This document shows positions 20,909 to 30,300 of a stretch of DNA of 64,000 nucleotides, in pieces. Made by a program: the position numbers and the translations under genes. A model generated the notes under the pieces. That model was not told the origin of the DNA. It worked only from the letters and a program-made list of their open reading frames with translations, and searched no databases. Origin of the DNA: Cyanobacteria bacterium P01_F01_bin.150 (lineage in GTDB: Bacteria > Cyanobacteriota > Cyanobacteriia > CAKZMO01); contig JBCCYL010000005.1 of the NCBI GenBank assembly GCA_039189765.1, forward strand, positions 32,001 through 96,000, in the 5' to 3' direction. The stretch's first letter is position 1. Every line of letters starts with the position of its first letter.

Positions 20909-22111
20909 TTAAACGGACAGGGCGATCGCGTCTGGTTCCCCCTGCTCATCTGTCGAAGGCAGAGGTGGCGATGGGTGGGCGATCGCCAGCGTATAGGTAC
21001 AAAAGGCAGGCTTGACCTGTTCAATTACCCGCCGAATTAGCGCTTCATCAAGCTGGTTATACTCATCTGTAGACTCGGGTCGCAAAACCACATTAAAGTG
21101 AAACGGCTGACCGCCCCCCATCATCATGCCATCGCCAAAGGCCGCTTCTCCAAAAACAAACGCATCACTAGTATCGTCCGTAATACTAATTTGCTTTTCA
21201 GATTCTGGGCGATCCTCATCCAATCGTAAATCAGTGTAGAGATGGAGGTAATAGCGCACCCCCTTCCGCGTCCCTCGCCATCGATAAAGTTCAACCGCAT
21301 AGCGCATTAATCGCCGCTGCTGCTGTAGCGTCCAGCGCGGTTCCAAATCCCACGCCACCCACTTCGACAAAAATGGCAACATCGATCGAGGCGCGGTCAG
21401 TGGATCTAAATAGGCCCACAGCGACCCCAAAGTCTGCAAACTGGGGTCAAACGTTTGCTCAAAAATACTCAAAAACCGCACCATAAAATCTTCCGCCTGA
21501 AAAATTTCTGGCAATAGCGTCATATAAGTGCTGGCCGGTCGGACCTGAATTTCAAAGGACTGATAGCCCACGAGCTTCCTATTTTCCGATGCCCTGTCTG
21601 AGGCTCCCCCTGATTCTTCCTCCGCCCCGCCGTCCGACGCTTCCTCTTGGGCAAACAGATAGATCTCACCCCGATAATCCAACGTTAGCGTCTGCTGCTG
21701 GACCAGCGCCGACTGCGCCTCAAAAAAATCTTCCGGCACCCGCACATAGAGCGATTGGAAATGGCGATCGCCCGGCCCAATCTGACTGCTCTGCTCATAA
21801 TGTTTAACCAGCACCGGGGCAGTCACATCAGTATCTGAGATGGTAGCTAAGCTGCTCTCGCGATCGCCGTTGGACGGCAGCGGCGGACACCACGACTTAG
21901 GAAAATTACCCGTTAGTTCTAAGGTCCAATCGATAGGCCGATGACCCTCATTTTCTAGCTCCAGGACAATTTCCCCCGGCTGGCCCGGCAGCAAATTCAA
22001 CACATTTTCCCTTTCTTCAACGGTTGTCGTCCGGTGTTTGCGAATCCAGTCCATCGTATCGGGCAGCCGCATCGAGATCAGACGTAGGGGAATAGTAGGA
22101 CGGTGGCTCAT
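20909..22111 (-). CDS. Phage tail protein I-like / eCIS baseplate wedge protein
   Basis: LLPEIFQ..DF..RFLSIFE, YLDPLTAP...LPFL..WV.W, ELYRWRGT..G, VIEQVKPAFCTY. Confidence 0.9.
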   Translation of the reverse strand: MSHRPTIPLRLISMRLPDTMDWIRKHRTTTVEERENVLNLLPGQPGEIVLELENEGHRPIDWTLELTGNFPKSWCPPLPSNGDRESSLATISDTDVTAPVLVKHYEQSSQIGPGDRHFQSLYVRVPEDFFEAQSALVQQQTLTLDYRGEIYLFAQEEASDGGAEEESGGASDRASENRKLVGYQSFEIQVRPASTYMTLLPEIFQAEDFMVRFLSIFEQTFDPSLQTLGSLWAYLDPLTAPRSMLPFLSKWVAWDLEPRWTLQQQRRLMRYAVELYRWRGTRKGVRYYLHLYTDLRLDEDRPESEKQISITDDTSDAFVFGEAAFGDGMMMGGGQPFHFNVVLRPESTDEYNQLDEALIRRVIEQVKPAFCTYTLAIAHPSPPLPSTDEQGEPDAIALSV

Positions 22112-22128
22112 GGCAGGAAATAAAGGTA

Positions 22129-22162
22129 GGTGATGGGTGATGGGTGATGGGTGGTGGGTGGG
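22129..22162. repeat. Heptamer tandem repeat (GGTGATG)n, STRR-like
   Basis: Three perfect copies plus degenerate copies. Confidence 0.75.
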
Positions 22163-22227
22163 CTATTCATTCTGTGGCATTTTCGATCAAAATCGCTCAT
22201 GTATAAACGCTGCTGGTGGGCATTGCC

Positions 22228-22455
22228 TGGGTTGTTCATTTTGTTTGAAGATTCACGAAATAAGTTCATGTAGTTTTTTGTCTTTGCTTTAACTCTCTAT
22301 TGACCCACCCCTAGCCTCTCCCGAGAGGGGAACCGGACGTGTATGGAGATTTTAGCTACGTTCCGGTTCCCCTCCTTGGAGGGGCTAGGGGTGGGTTCCG
22401 ACGCAAAAGCTGTATGAATAGCTTTCTGTTAAAACGCCATAAAATGAACATTCCA
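22228..22455. mobile_element. MITE with terminal inverted repeats and target-site duplication, inserted in a REP-like palindrome
   Basis: TIRs TGGGTTGTTCATTTT / AAAATGAACATTCCA; GGCATTGCC repeated at 22219-22227 and 22456-22464; internal palindrome 22303-22396. Confidence 0.8.
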
Positions 22456-22572
22456 GGCATTGCCCACCGAACCTGAATGAATAAATGGATTCAAGAAGCA
22501 GGCGTAGGGTGTCATTTGCGCCAGTGTAACGTACTATTTTAGTCGCTTATTCTCGTGCCAATTTCTTCCCTC

Positions 22573-24999
22573 CTACTGCTGCATAAAATTAATAATATGG
22601 TCGGACTCTACATGGTCATGTTTCCAGGAACACAGCAGTCCCAGTGGACCTGGATTAACAATGGATTCCGCATGTTCAGAATGAAACCAGCCATCATAGG
22701 GATGGTAGCGAAGAGTAAACAAATTAACCCGACCCACATACTGTACTTCCGGTATGGACTGGATCTGGGCAATCACATCCGATGGACTTAATTCCCGTCC
22801 CAGCGGCCAGCCCTTGCCGTCCTCACCACCGCTTAAGGGATTAATATACCGATATAAATGGGTCTTAAGCCGCCTAGCAATCGTTGGTTGGAGTTGAGGC
22901 GACCGATACTGTTCATATAGCAACACATCTGCATTCACCTGAACCCCCACATAGGTGGGAGCTTCCAGCCGGACTTGAACCCCCAATAGCTTATGCTCTT
23001 CAAACTTCGCCGAGAGACATTTATACATGTCCGACTCCAGCGAAATTTCATAGTGTTTGGGGTCAATTCCGTTTGGGAAAGCAATGGCAAAATCTTGGGA
23101 ATGCCAGTCAGGGGGAGAGGCGATCGCCAACAGCCGCACCACCCCTGGAGAAATACACGGCAAACAGTGGGCACGATAAATACGAGAATGAGCATCTTGG
23201 GCCACTGCTTCAAAATCTGCCGGAATCATCGCAGTCTTGGCATTCCTCAATACCTGAGGCACCCGCAACACCGCCTCATCCAGCGACTCTGCATCTTTCC
23301 CTCCTTTTGCTCTGCCGTGATTTATCACCGACTTAACGTAGGGCACCGCTGTCTTGAGTTTTACCAAGGTTGCTTTTTGGACATTGCCGCGACTGCCGCC
23401 CCCAACGCGGTAGGCCGACATATAAATTTCAGCCCCCCTGGGCGGCACCTGACCATATTGCCATTCCCGCCGCTGCATCTGTTCCGAATCGTCCGATGCA
23501 ATCAGCTCATTGTCCATCTCCATCCGGGTTGAAAACTGCTGAATATCTCGCCCCCAAGGCTGATGACGGGTCCGCTCCAGGGTTTGATATTGGAGCTGAG
23601 ACGGTTCCCTTACCAGGGGGCCAAATTGAATTGTTCCCGTTTGGGAATCTAGGGTGTAGTGTCGCTTTTTATCCGTCTGGTTATTCTGGGATTGGGGGCT
23701 AGAGGAAGAATGGGAGGAATGGGAGGCGATCGCATCCAGCGCAGAATCACCAAAATCATCCACTTCCTGCCATACGTCACCATCCCCATAGGCTGAAGTC
23801 CCAAGCGCCGCGTCACCGGACGCTCCCATAAAGGCCCGTGTTCCATCCGGCACTTTTACGACAATATGCTCTGTTTCAGCATTCCGTTTGAGAATGGGAA
23901 ACCCCTCAAGCTGAAATTTTTGCCCCGGCTTCCCCGTACTAATGCCAACCAGCTCATCCTTTACCGTGACACACTCACTCGCCTCAACCGCCCCTCCAAT
24001 CGTCCTCACCTGAATCGCATTAATGAGGGGCGATCGACTGTAGAGATACTGAATCCTATTCGGTTGCTCATTGTCCACCCGTGGCTCATACACACACCGA
24101 ATCCAGTGTCCCCGGCAATCGGTCCCCAAATCTACCTCTGGCCACTGAATGGGTAAATGAAGGGTAATATCGGCTCCCTGGTCTGGATTTCCTCCTTGCT
24201 CCTGAAGTTCGTGGAAGCTAAAGCCTTTAGTTTTATCGTCCCCTCGCTCCATCAAAATATCATCTATCCATTCTTCTCCATTCCAGGCTTGCCAACACAC
24301 GGGCGGATCGTTTGGATCGATGCCCGTACTGCCTGCAATCACCCCCTTAAAATTCAGAACAATAACGTTACCATTAATGCGATTGCCATCCTCCTGCTCG
24401 GCGGCAAGCACCAGGTAGAAGCAATTTCCCACCTCACTGGTTTCAAAAATCCGCAGGGAATCCAACCTCTCCCATTCCGGATTATTGGACAACGGCTGGC
24501 TCCAATCCGAAGACTCTTGGTCCTTACGTTGCGCAGTAAATAAGCCCTTTAACACCGCTTTCCCGACCACCAAATCATCGCTAGTGGTAAACACCACCGA
24601 GGGTTCCGACTCCGTCCGCATGGTTGCCACCTCAGTCCCCTGAGGTACTGGCACCAGAGATCCCGTTCCCGCAACCACTGGTTTTGTTAAATAAAACGTC
24701 AGATCCACCGCTGCTGCCGCCGGAGGTTGTAACCGAATCCCCAGCAATTCCAAAAATGCAACGTAGTTAAGCCGGGGCACCTGGTTAAACCGCAACAGCA
24801 TTTGATCGGTCAACCAGGCAAACAGCTCAATCAGCGTAATACCCGGATCGCTGGGGTTATGATTGGTCCACTCCTGACAGTAGCGCGGAATTCGGAGTTT
24901 ACATTCCTGAATCAAATCGTTAAAGGTGCGATCGTCTAGATTCGCCTTGGGTAGATTGGGTAAAAATTCGAATTCTCGGAACAACTCAGAATTTGGCAT
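22573..24999 (-). CDS. Putative baseplate assembly protein (gpJ/Afp11-like, eCIS)
   Basis: LDDRTFNDLIQE...RIPRYC.EWTNHNPSDPGITLIELFAWL..QML.R.NQVP; G.STGKPGQ.F; YRVGGG.RGNV; GGKDAESL; GWPLGR. Confidence 0.93.
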   Translation of the reverse strand: MPNSELFREFEFLPNLPKANLDDRTFNDLIQECKLRIPRYCQEWTNHNPSDPGITLIELFAWLTDQMLLRFNQVPRLNYVAFLELLGIRLQPPAAAAVDLTFYLTKPVVAGTGSLVPVPQGTEVATMRTESEPSVVFTTSDDLVVGKAVLKGLFTAQRKDQESSDWSQPLSNNPEWERLDSLRIFETSEVGNCFYLVLAAEQEDGNRINGNVIVLNFKGVIAGSTGIDPNDPPVCWQAWNGEEWIDDILMERGDDKTKGFSFHELQEQGGNPDQGADITLHLPIQWPEVDLGTDCRGHWIRCVYEPRVDNEQPNRIQYLYSRSPLINAIQVRTIGGAVEASECVTVKDELVGISTGKPGQKFQLEGFPILKRNAETEHIVVKVPDGTRAFMGASGDAALGTSAYGDGDVWQEVDDFGDSALDAIASHSSHSSSSPQSQNNQTDKKRHYTLDSQTGTIQFGPLVREPSQLQYQTLERTRHQPWGRDIQQFSTRMEMDNELIASDDSEQMQRREWQYGQVPPRGAEIYMSAYRVGGGSRGNVQKATLVKLKTAVPYVKSVINHGRAKGGKDAESLDEAVLRVPQVLRNAKTAMIPADFEAVAQDAHSRIYRAHCLPCISPGVVRLLAIASPPDWHSQDFAIAFPNGIDPKHYEISLESDMYKCLSAKFEEHKLLGVQVRLEAPTYVGVQVNADVLLYEQYRSPQLQPTIARRLKTHLYRYINPLSGGEDGKGWPLGRELSPSDVIAQIQSIPEVQYVGRVNLFTLRYHPYDGWFHSEHAESIVNPGPLGLLCSWKHDHVESDHIINFMQQ

Positions 25000-25000
25000 G

Positions 25001-25071
25001 GGAGTTATGGGGTAGGGGGATAGGGAGTTATGGAGTTATGGAGTTATGGGGTTATGGAGTTATGGGGTTAT
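25001..25071. repeat. Octamer tandem repeat GG(A/G)GTTAT
   Basis: About seven copies just upstream of the baseplate start codon. Confidence 0.8.
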
Positions 25072-25076
25072 CGCTT

Positions 25077-25107
25077 GTAGGATGGGTTAGCGACAGCGTA
25101 ACCCATC
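25077..25107 (+). repeat. GTAG-type REP palindrome related to those flanking the RAYT gene
   Basis: GTAGGATGGGTTAGCGACAGCGTAACCCATC vs GTAGGGTGGATTAGCGATAGCGTAATCCACC. Confidence 0.8.
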
Positions 25108-25238
25108 ATCGTTGGTATATTTTTTCGAGTTAATATATTTTTTTGATTGGCATATTTTTTCGAAAAATCGCCTGAATGTTACAAAGATGATTAGTTGGTA
25201 TATTTTTTTGAGAAATCACCTGAATCTTATAAGGATGG

Positions 25239-25664
25239 TTAGTCATCCATGGATTCTAAATAAAACGGGTACACCATGCTGCGAATATCAGCTTCGTCTT
25301 TGGGTGAGTAGAGGATATGGATATTGACTAGCCCAGGGTCGTTAGCCATGCTGTCTGGTTCTGTAATCACCTGTCGCAGGGTAATTCGGGGTTCCCACTG
25401 CTCTAACGCTTCCTCAACGTAGAGACGAATCAGCGTCATCGTATGAGCATTCATGGGTTCAAAAACTAGCTCGGACAGCCGCGACCCAAAATTAGGACGA
25501 TAAACTCTTTCCCCCAACTTTGTGCCTAAAACAATTCGGATCGATTCCTCCAGATTGGGGGTATCTGCACTGAGCTGGATGCTGCCTTGAATATTAACCG
25601 TTGCGGGAAAGGCAAACCCTGCACCCACTATGGGATTAGGGACACCGTTCAATTCCTGTGGCAT
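25239..25664 (-). CDS. GPW/gp25 family baseplate protein (Afp9-like)
   Basis: G.GFAFP, ESIRIVLGTKLGERVYRPNFGSRL, WEPRI, MVYPFYL. Confidence 0.95.
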   Translation of the reverse strand: MPQELNGVPNPIVGAGFAFPATVNIQGSIQLSADTPNLEESIRIVLGTKLGERVYRPNFGSRLSELVFEPMNAHTMTLIRLYVEEALEQWEPRITLRQVITEPDSMANDPGLVNIHILYSPKDEADIRSMVYPFYLESMDD

Positions 25665-25790
25665 GGTGATAATCCTGTTAGGAATACTGTCAAAAATTTA
25701 GCTTAAAATTGTCCCTCAGAATCATGAGAGATCCTTAATCTATCGTTCTGGCAAATAAGCAAGGGGAAATAAGGGGAACTTACGCCAAGC

Positions 25791-25816
25791 GATACTGGTG
25801 GTTCACCACCAGTATC
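25791..25816. terminator. Hairpin downstream of the beta-helix gene
   Basis: GATACTGGTG-GTT-CACCACCAGTATC region; perfect outer stem GATACTGG/CCAGTATC. Confidence 0.5.
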
Positions 25817-25841
25817 ATTTAGTGGTCGCCCCCACTTTGCG

Positions 25842-27257
25842 CTAGGACGCTTTATCAACAATATTCAAAAAGTCTGGAACAAAACAACTTTCTCGATCCT
25901 CAGCATTAATCTCCACAAGTTCAGACGTAAGATCGGCCACAATTTCACCGATTCCCCACATGTTTCCATGATGAAAAACTGTTGAGTCGTACCTCGCTCT
26001 TATTGTTTCTGAACTGTTGGGAACCACATTATCTAATAAACAAACATTTACAGCTGTGATACCAAAGGCTCCAATATTATTGAAACTGTCTTTGTTATGA
26101 CTTTTGATGTAGTTATGATAAGCTGTCACGTCCTCTGCATGATAAGCTGTCACGTCCTCTTCAATGGTCGTATAACCACCAAGACGTATGCCCCCTAAAT
26201 ATGCTCTTGCATCTGGGAAAATATTAAGGGGTTCATAATTTTCACAGTGATTGTTAGCAATAAAGATTTTGCTGGTAAATTCTGGGAGTGTCCCTTTAAT
26301 ACAAGCAGAACCAAATCTTCCCACAATTGTGTTATTGAAAACTGTAATTCCTTCAACAGTAAACCCTGGCTGATCATCTTCACCATCAGCACCTAGAAAA
26401 ATGCCTGTCACTGTTGGATTCTCAATATAATTATCATAGATAAGCACATTACGAACCGTATCAAAGTCATTAATGTCTTTATCACCCACAACAGTAATGC
26501 CATTGTCATTTACAAAATTCAGATGATTATTGCGAATCACCCAATTTTGTCCAGTTTGGCCAACTTTAATGCGCCCTCCCTGGGAAAAGTAATTATCCTC
26601 CACTAAAATATTATCTGAGTTAACAACAACAAGATATTGGCGTTGACAATTCCTTGCAATACATTCAACACCCGTTTGATCATAAATACGGTTGCCGCGA
26701 AATGTCACGTGTTCAACATTGGTGAACTGAAAGGCACTGGCAAAATTGCCGGGGTCACCATTCATATCAAAGCCACAGTTCTCAATTAAAATATTGCTAA
26801 GGGCGGGTTCTGTCACATTATATTCATGGGAACGAAATTTCCCACGCCAATTTCCTTTTCCCTTTATGAATATGGTGGAATCGGAGTTTTCACACTTGAG
26901 CTGCATGCCATCAAATATAACGATGTGTCTATTCAATGTGTAAACCCCCGCAGATGCAAAGAGATGCTTTCCTTCATCTTTTCCAGCTTGTATCCAGCGT
27001 TTTACACACCCGGTGCTATCGCCATTAACATGATCGGTATCGGCTTGATTACAGAACTCTTTAATATCAATGGCAGTGGCCTGATTGAAGGGGGTAGTGG
27101 CACCGACCTGCTCGTACCATGGCACTCGTTGATTTGCTGACTCTGATCCTGCTCCTGGCGCTATTTCAATCCTGATCGATTGGGCACTGAGAGGGGTTCC
27201 AGTACTCACAAAAGTTGTTGCGATAAAAAATGCTAGTAATCGTGAAACGTTTCGCAT
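25842..27257 (-). CDS. Secreted right-handed parallel beta-helix (pectate-lyase-like fold) protein
   Basis: Signal peptide; GDST...W + LF..AG.Y motif; repeated N(I/V).(I/V).NN units; AT-rich; 24-bp internal duplication (EDVTAYH x2). Confidence 0.75.
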   Translation of the reverse strand: MRNVSRLLAFFIATTFVSTGTPLSAQSIRIEIAPGAGSESANQRVPWYEQVGATTPFNQATAIDIKEFCNQADTDHVNGDSTGCVKRWIQAGKDEGKHLFASAGVYTLNRHIVIFDGMQLKCENSDSTIFIKGKGNWRGKFRSHEYNVTEPALSNILIENCGFDMNGDPGNFASAFQFTNVEHVTFRGNRIYDQTGVECIARNCQRQYLVVVNSDNILVEDNYFSQGGRIKVGQTGQNWVIRNNHLNFVNDNGITVVGDKDINDFDTVRNVLIYDNYIENPTVTGIFLGADGEDDQPGFTVEGITVFNNTIVGRFGSACIKGTLPEFTSKIFIANNHCENYEPLNIFPDARAYLGGIRLGGYTTIEEDVTAYHAEDVTAYHNYIKSHNKDSFNNIGAFGITAVNVCLLDNVVPNSSETIRARYDSTVFHHGNMWGIGEIVADLTSELVEINAEDRESCFVPDFLNIVDKAS

Positions 27258-27306
27258 TGGTAAAACTCCTCCATGTTTATTTTCGCATTCATCATGGGCT
27301 TACAGA

Positions 27307-30300
27307 TCAACTAACCCCATATAAAACGTTGACGGTTCCTTCCCCGACACCGAGACCTGGAGGAGTAGCGAAGTTTTCTCTGGGAGCACCGATCGCTAAG
27401 TCAAAGGCTCCATTCCCATTGAAGTCACCAGCGCCTAGGCCTGCAGCAAAAACATCACCAGAAACACGACCATTATCAACAAAGCCTTCAGAGATACCTT
27501 CAACACCTGGTGAATTCTGAGACCAAACTTGGTTACCCGCTCGGGTTAAGCCATCAGGTGAGCCATAGATAATATGAGCTTGTCCAGCATTGGTATTTTC
27601 ACCTGGAGCACCAATGGATAGATCATCGTAACCATCGCCATTAAAATCACCAACGACCAAATCACTGCCAAAATCATCTCGAAACTCCGCAGTGTCTTGA
27701 ATACCAGCAGTGTTTTGAGACCAAAACTGATTTCCCGTGGCGGTCAAACCATCACTGGCACCATAAATAATATGAACACCGCCCTCAGCCGCTATGGAAT
27801 TCGAACCATTAATATCTTCATCCGCAACGCCTATGGCTAAATCATCAAATCCGTCATTATCAAAATCACCCACGGCGAGAGCCTCACCAAATCTATCGCT
27901 AAACTCAGCCGTCTCTAAAATGCCAAAGCTATTCTGCGACCACAGTTGATTTCCCGTGGCGGTCAGACCATTGCTGGAACCATAAATCACACTCACGGCA
28001 CCAGCGTTGGCAACGGAGCCAATATCTTCTCCGGGAACGCTAATCGCTAAATCTTCGAAACCATCGTTATCAAAGTCTCCGGCAGCTAGGACGCTCCCAA
28101 ATTCATCGTCTTCATTTTTTCCATTTAAGATCCCAACGCTATCTTGAGACCACAGTTGATTGCCAGTTGCCGTAAGTCCATTCGACGAACCAAAGATAAC
28201 ATTAACGGCTCCTGCATCCAGGTCTTCTCCAGGAACGCCAACCGCTAAATCATCAAAGCCATCGTTATCAAAATCACCAGATGCTAGGGCGCGGCCAAAA
28301 TAGTCACCGCCCAAAGAGAATTCTCCATCTGGGGCTGGATCGCGTTCAGCAGCGTCTTGGATTCCAGGAGAATCTTGAGACCAAAACTGATTTTCAAAAG
28401 ATGATAGACCGAAGATTGAACCGTATATGACGTTAGCACCACCACCATTGGCGATTGAACCAATGTCCTCCTCTGGAATACCCACAACCAAATCGTCAAA
28501 ACCATCGCCGTCAAAATCGCCAGTAGTTAGTTCACTACCAAAAAATTCGCCACTCTCAGCACTGTCTGCAATACCCGGCGAATTTTGAGACCATTGCTGG
28601 CGTCTAGAGGAGGTGAGGCCGCTATTTGAACCATAGATGACGTTTACTTCACCAGCCCTTAGGAGAGAACTAAAGTCTTCTCCAGGAACACCAACAACTA
28701 AATCATCAAACCCATCATTATTAAAATCACCGGATGTCAGGCTAGAGCCAAAACCATCCCCTTCCTCTGAGGTGAGATTTAACCGATCTTGGTTCCACAG
28801 TTGAGAATTTTGGGACGTCAGTCTGGGGGAGTGGCCACTTACAAGCAGAGTATAGTTTTGAGTGACGCCCCTAGGACCACCAATAACGATGTCATAGGTG
28901 CTACTCGGATTAGGATTATCGATCACCACTTGTTCAATATTGTCAACTCGATTCCGCGTCGTTCTGACTGCGGCTGCATTTGGGTTAGACGGATCTAGCG
29001 TCCAAGGATTCCATCTGCTAGTACTACCGTTAGCCTTAGTCTCTACGATGATCATATCGAGATCATTGACCAAGACGGGGGTATTAACGTCCAGCCCTCT
29101 GCCTTGAGGTGTCCCTGCTGGATCGGTCCATACGATGGTGGCTTTAAGGGGATTGCTACCGTCAGAGGCGACTTCAAATGTTTCAATAGATCCAGAGTAT
29201 GTTCTTTCTGAAATAAAGTCAGAGTTACCAGAAATAAGCTCACCATTATTTGACAGGTCTGAATTCACTGCATTTGTGAGGAAATTTGCCGCTGCTGTGG
29301 CATCAACCACTCCCCAACCAAAGGTGTAATCTGGTCCTACATTGCCTGCATCAAAAGCAGTATGGGTTAATAGACCCTTTGTCGTGGCACTGCGGGGTTT
29401 AGTCCCAAACAGGTTTTGATAGTGCTCGATCAACAACACGGCTGTGCCAGTGACATTTGGAGCTGCCATTGAGGTACCGGAAGATGTGCCATAAGTAGTA
29501 TCGGAGGTGCCGACGGATGAGAGCAGGCCGCTGCCATTAGCTACAACGTCAGGTTTAACTCGGCCATCATCGGTTGGTCCCCATGACGAGAAACTTGTTA
29601 TAACCACGTCACGATTGGTGTAGGGGTCCCGTTGTATATCGTTAATAGCCCCTACAACAAGATTATTTTTGGCAGTGCTAAAGTCTGAAATTGAATCGTA
29701 TCCGGTGCCTGCGTTGCCATCACTTCCTGGAGCTGTGACGAGGGCTGTTGGCACCTGATACCAGCCAGCACCAAATCGCCTCCAGTTAACGCCAGGAATA
29801 TTGGGGTCTGAGCTAAAAAAGGTGACAAATGTGGTTCTCCTAGGGCTAAGTCTGTCATTACGTTCGTTACCAGCAGACCAAACGCTCAACAAGTTGGGAT
29901 TACTGAAGAGTACCTGATCTAAGGATTGAGAGATTGCATTATATTTTCCATAATCCACGTCTTCTCGGGAAGAAATGCTATAGTCCTGAAGCCAAACGTC
30001 AATGTTTGAAACTATGCTGCCATTGGTCGTCGTTTGACGAGTTGCAAATTGCCAACCTTGAGCGAATCCGTAGGAGTGATTCGATGCATCAAGTAGTCTC
30101 GCATCTCTGTTGAGTTCAGCTATATCATCTCCGGCGCTATAGCTACGTAAGTTGACTTGGGTTGCCATACCACGAGCGTTATTGTCATCTGTGCTGGGAT
30201 TTGTTGCGATCGCCCCAGTCCCCCCAATCGTCCCTGCTACATGGGTTGCGTGGTTACTAAAGCCCGTTCCAGAGTCAACAATATTTACCCGCCCGTTCAA

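Noticed and set aside
20770..21024. Long N-terminal extension of the HisKA_3 kinase
   Set aside because: Overlaps the tail gene and translates the heptamer repeat (KAEGRRQ), so it is probably spurious
25112..25235. Possible CRISPR-like direct repeats
   Set aside because: Only three degenerate copies, similar intervening sequence, no cas genes
20909..25664. Prophage
   Set aside because: No capsid, terminase, portal or integrase gene; the proteins are of the eCIS baseplate type
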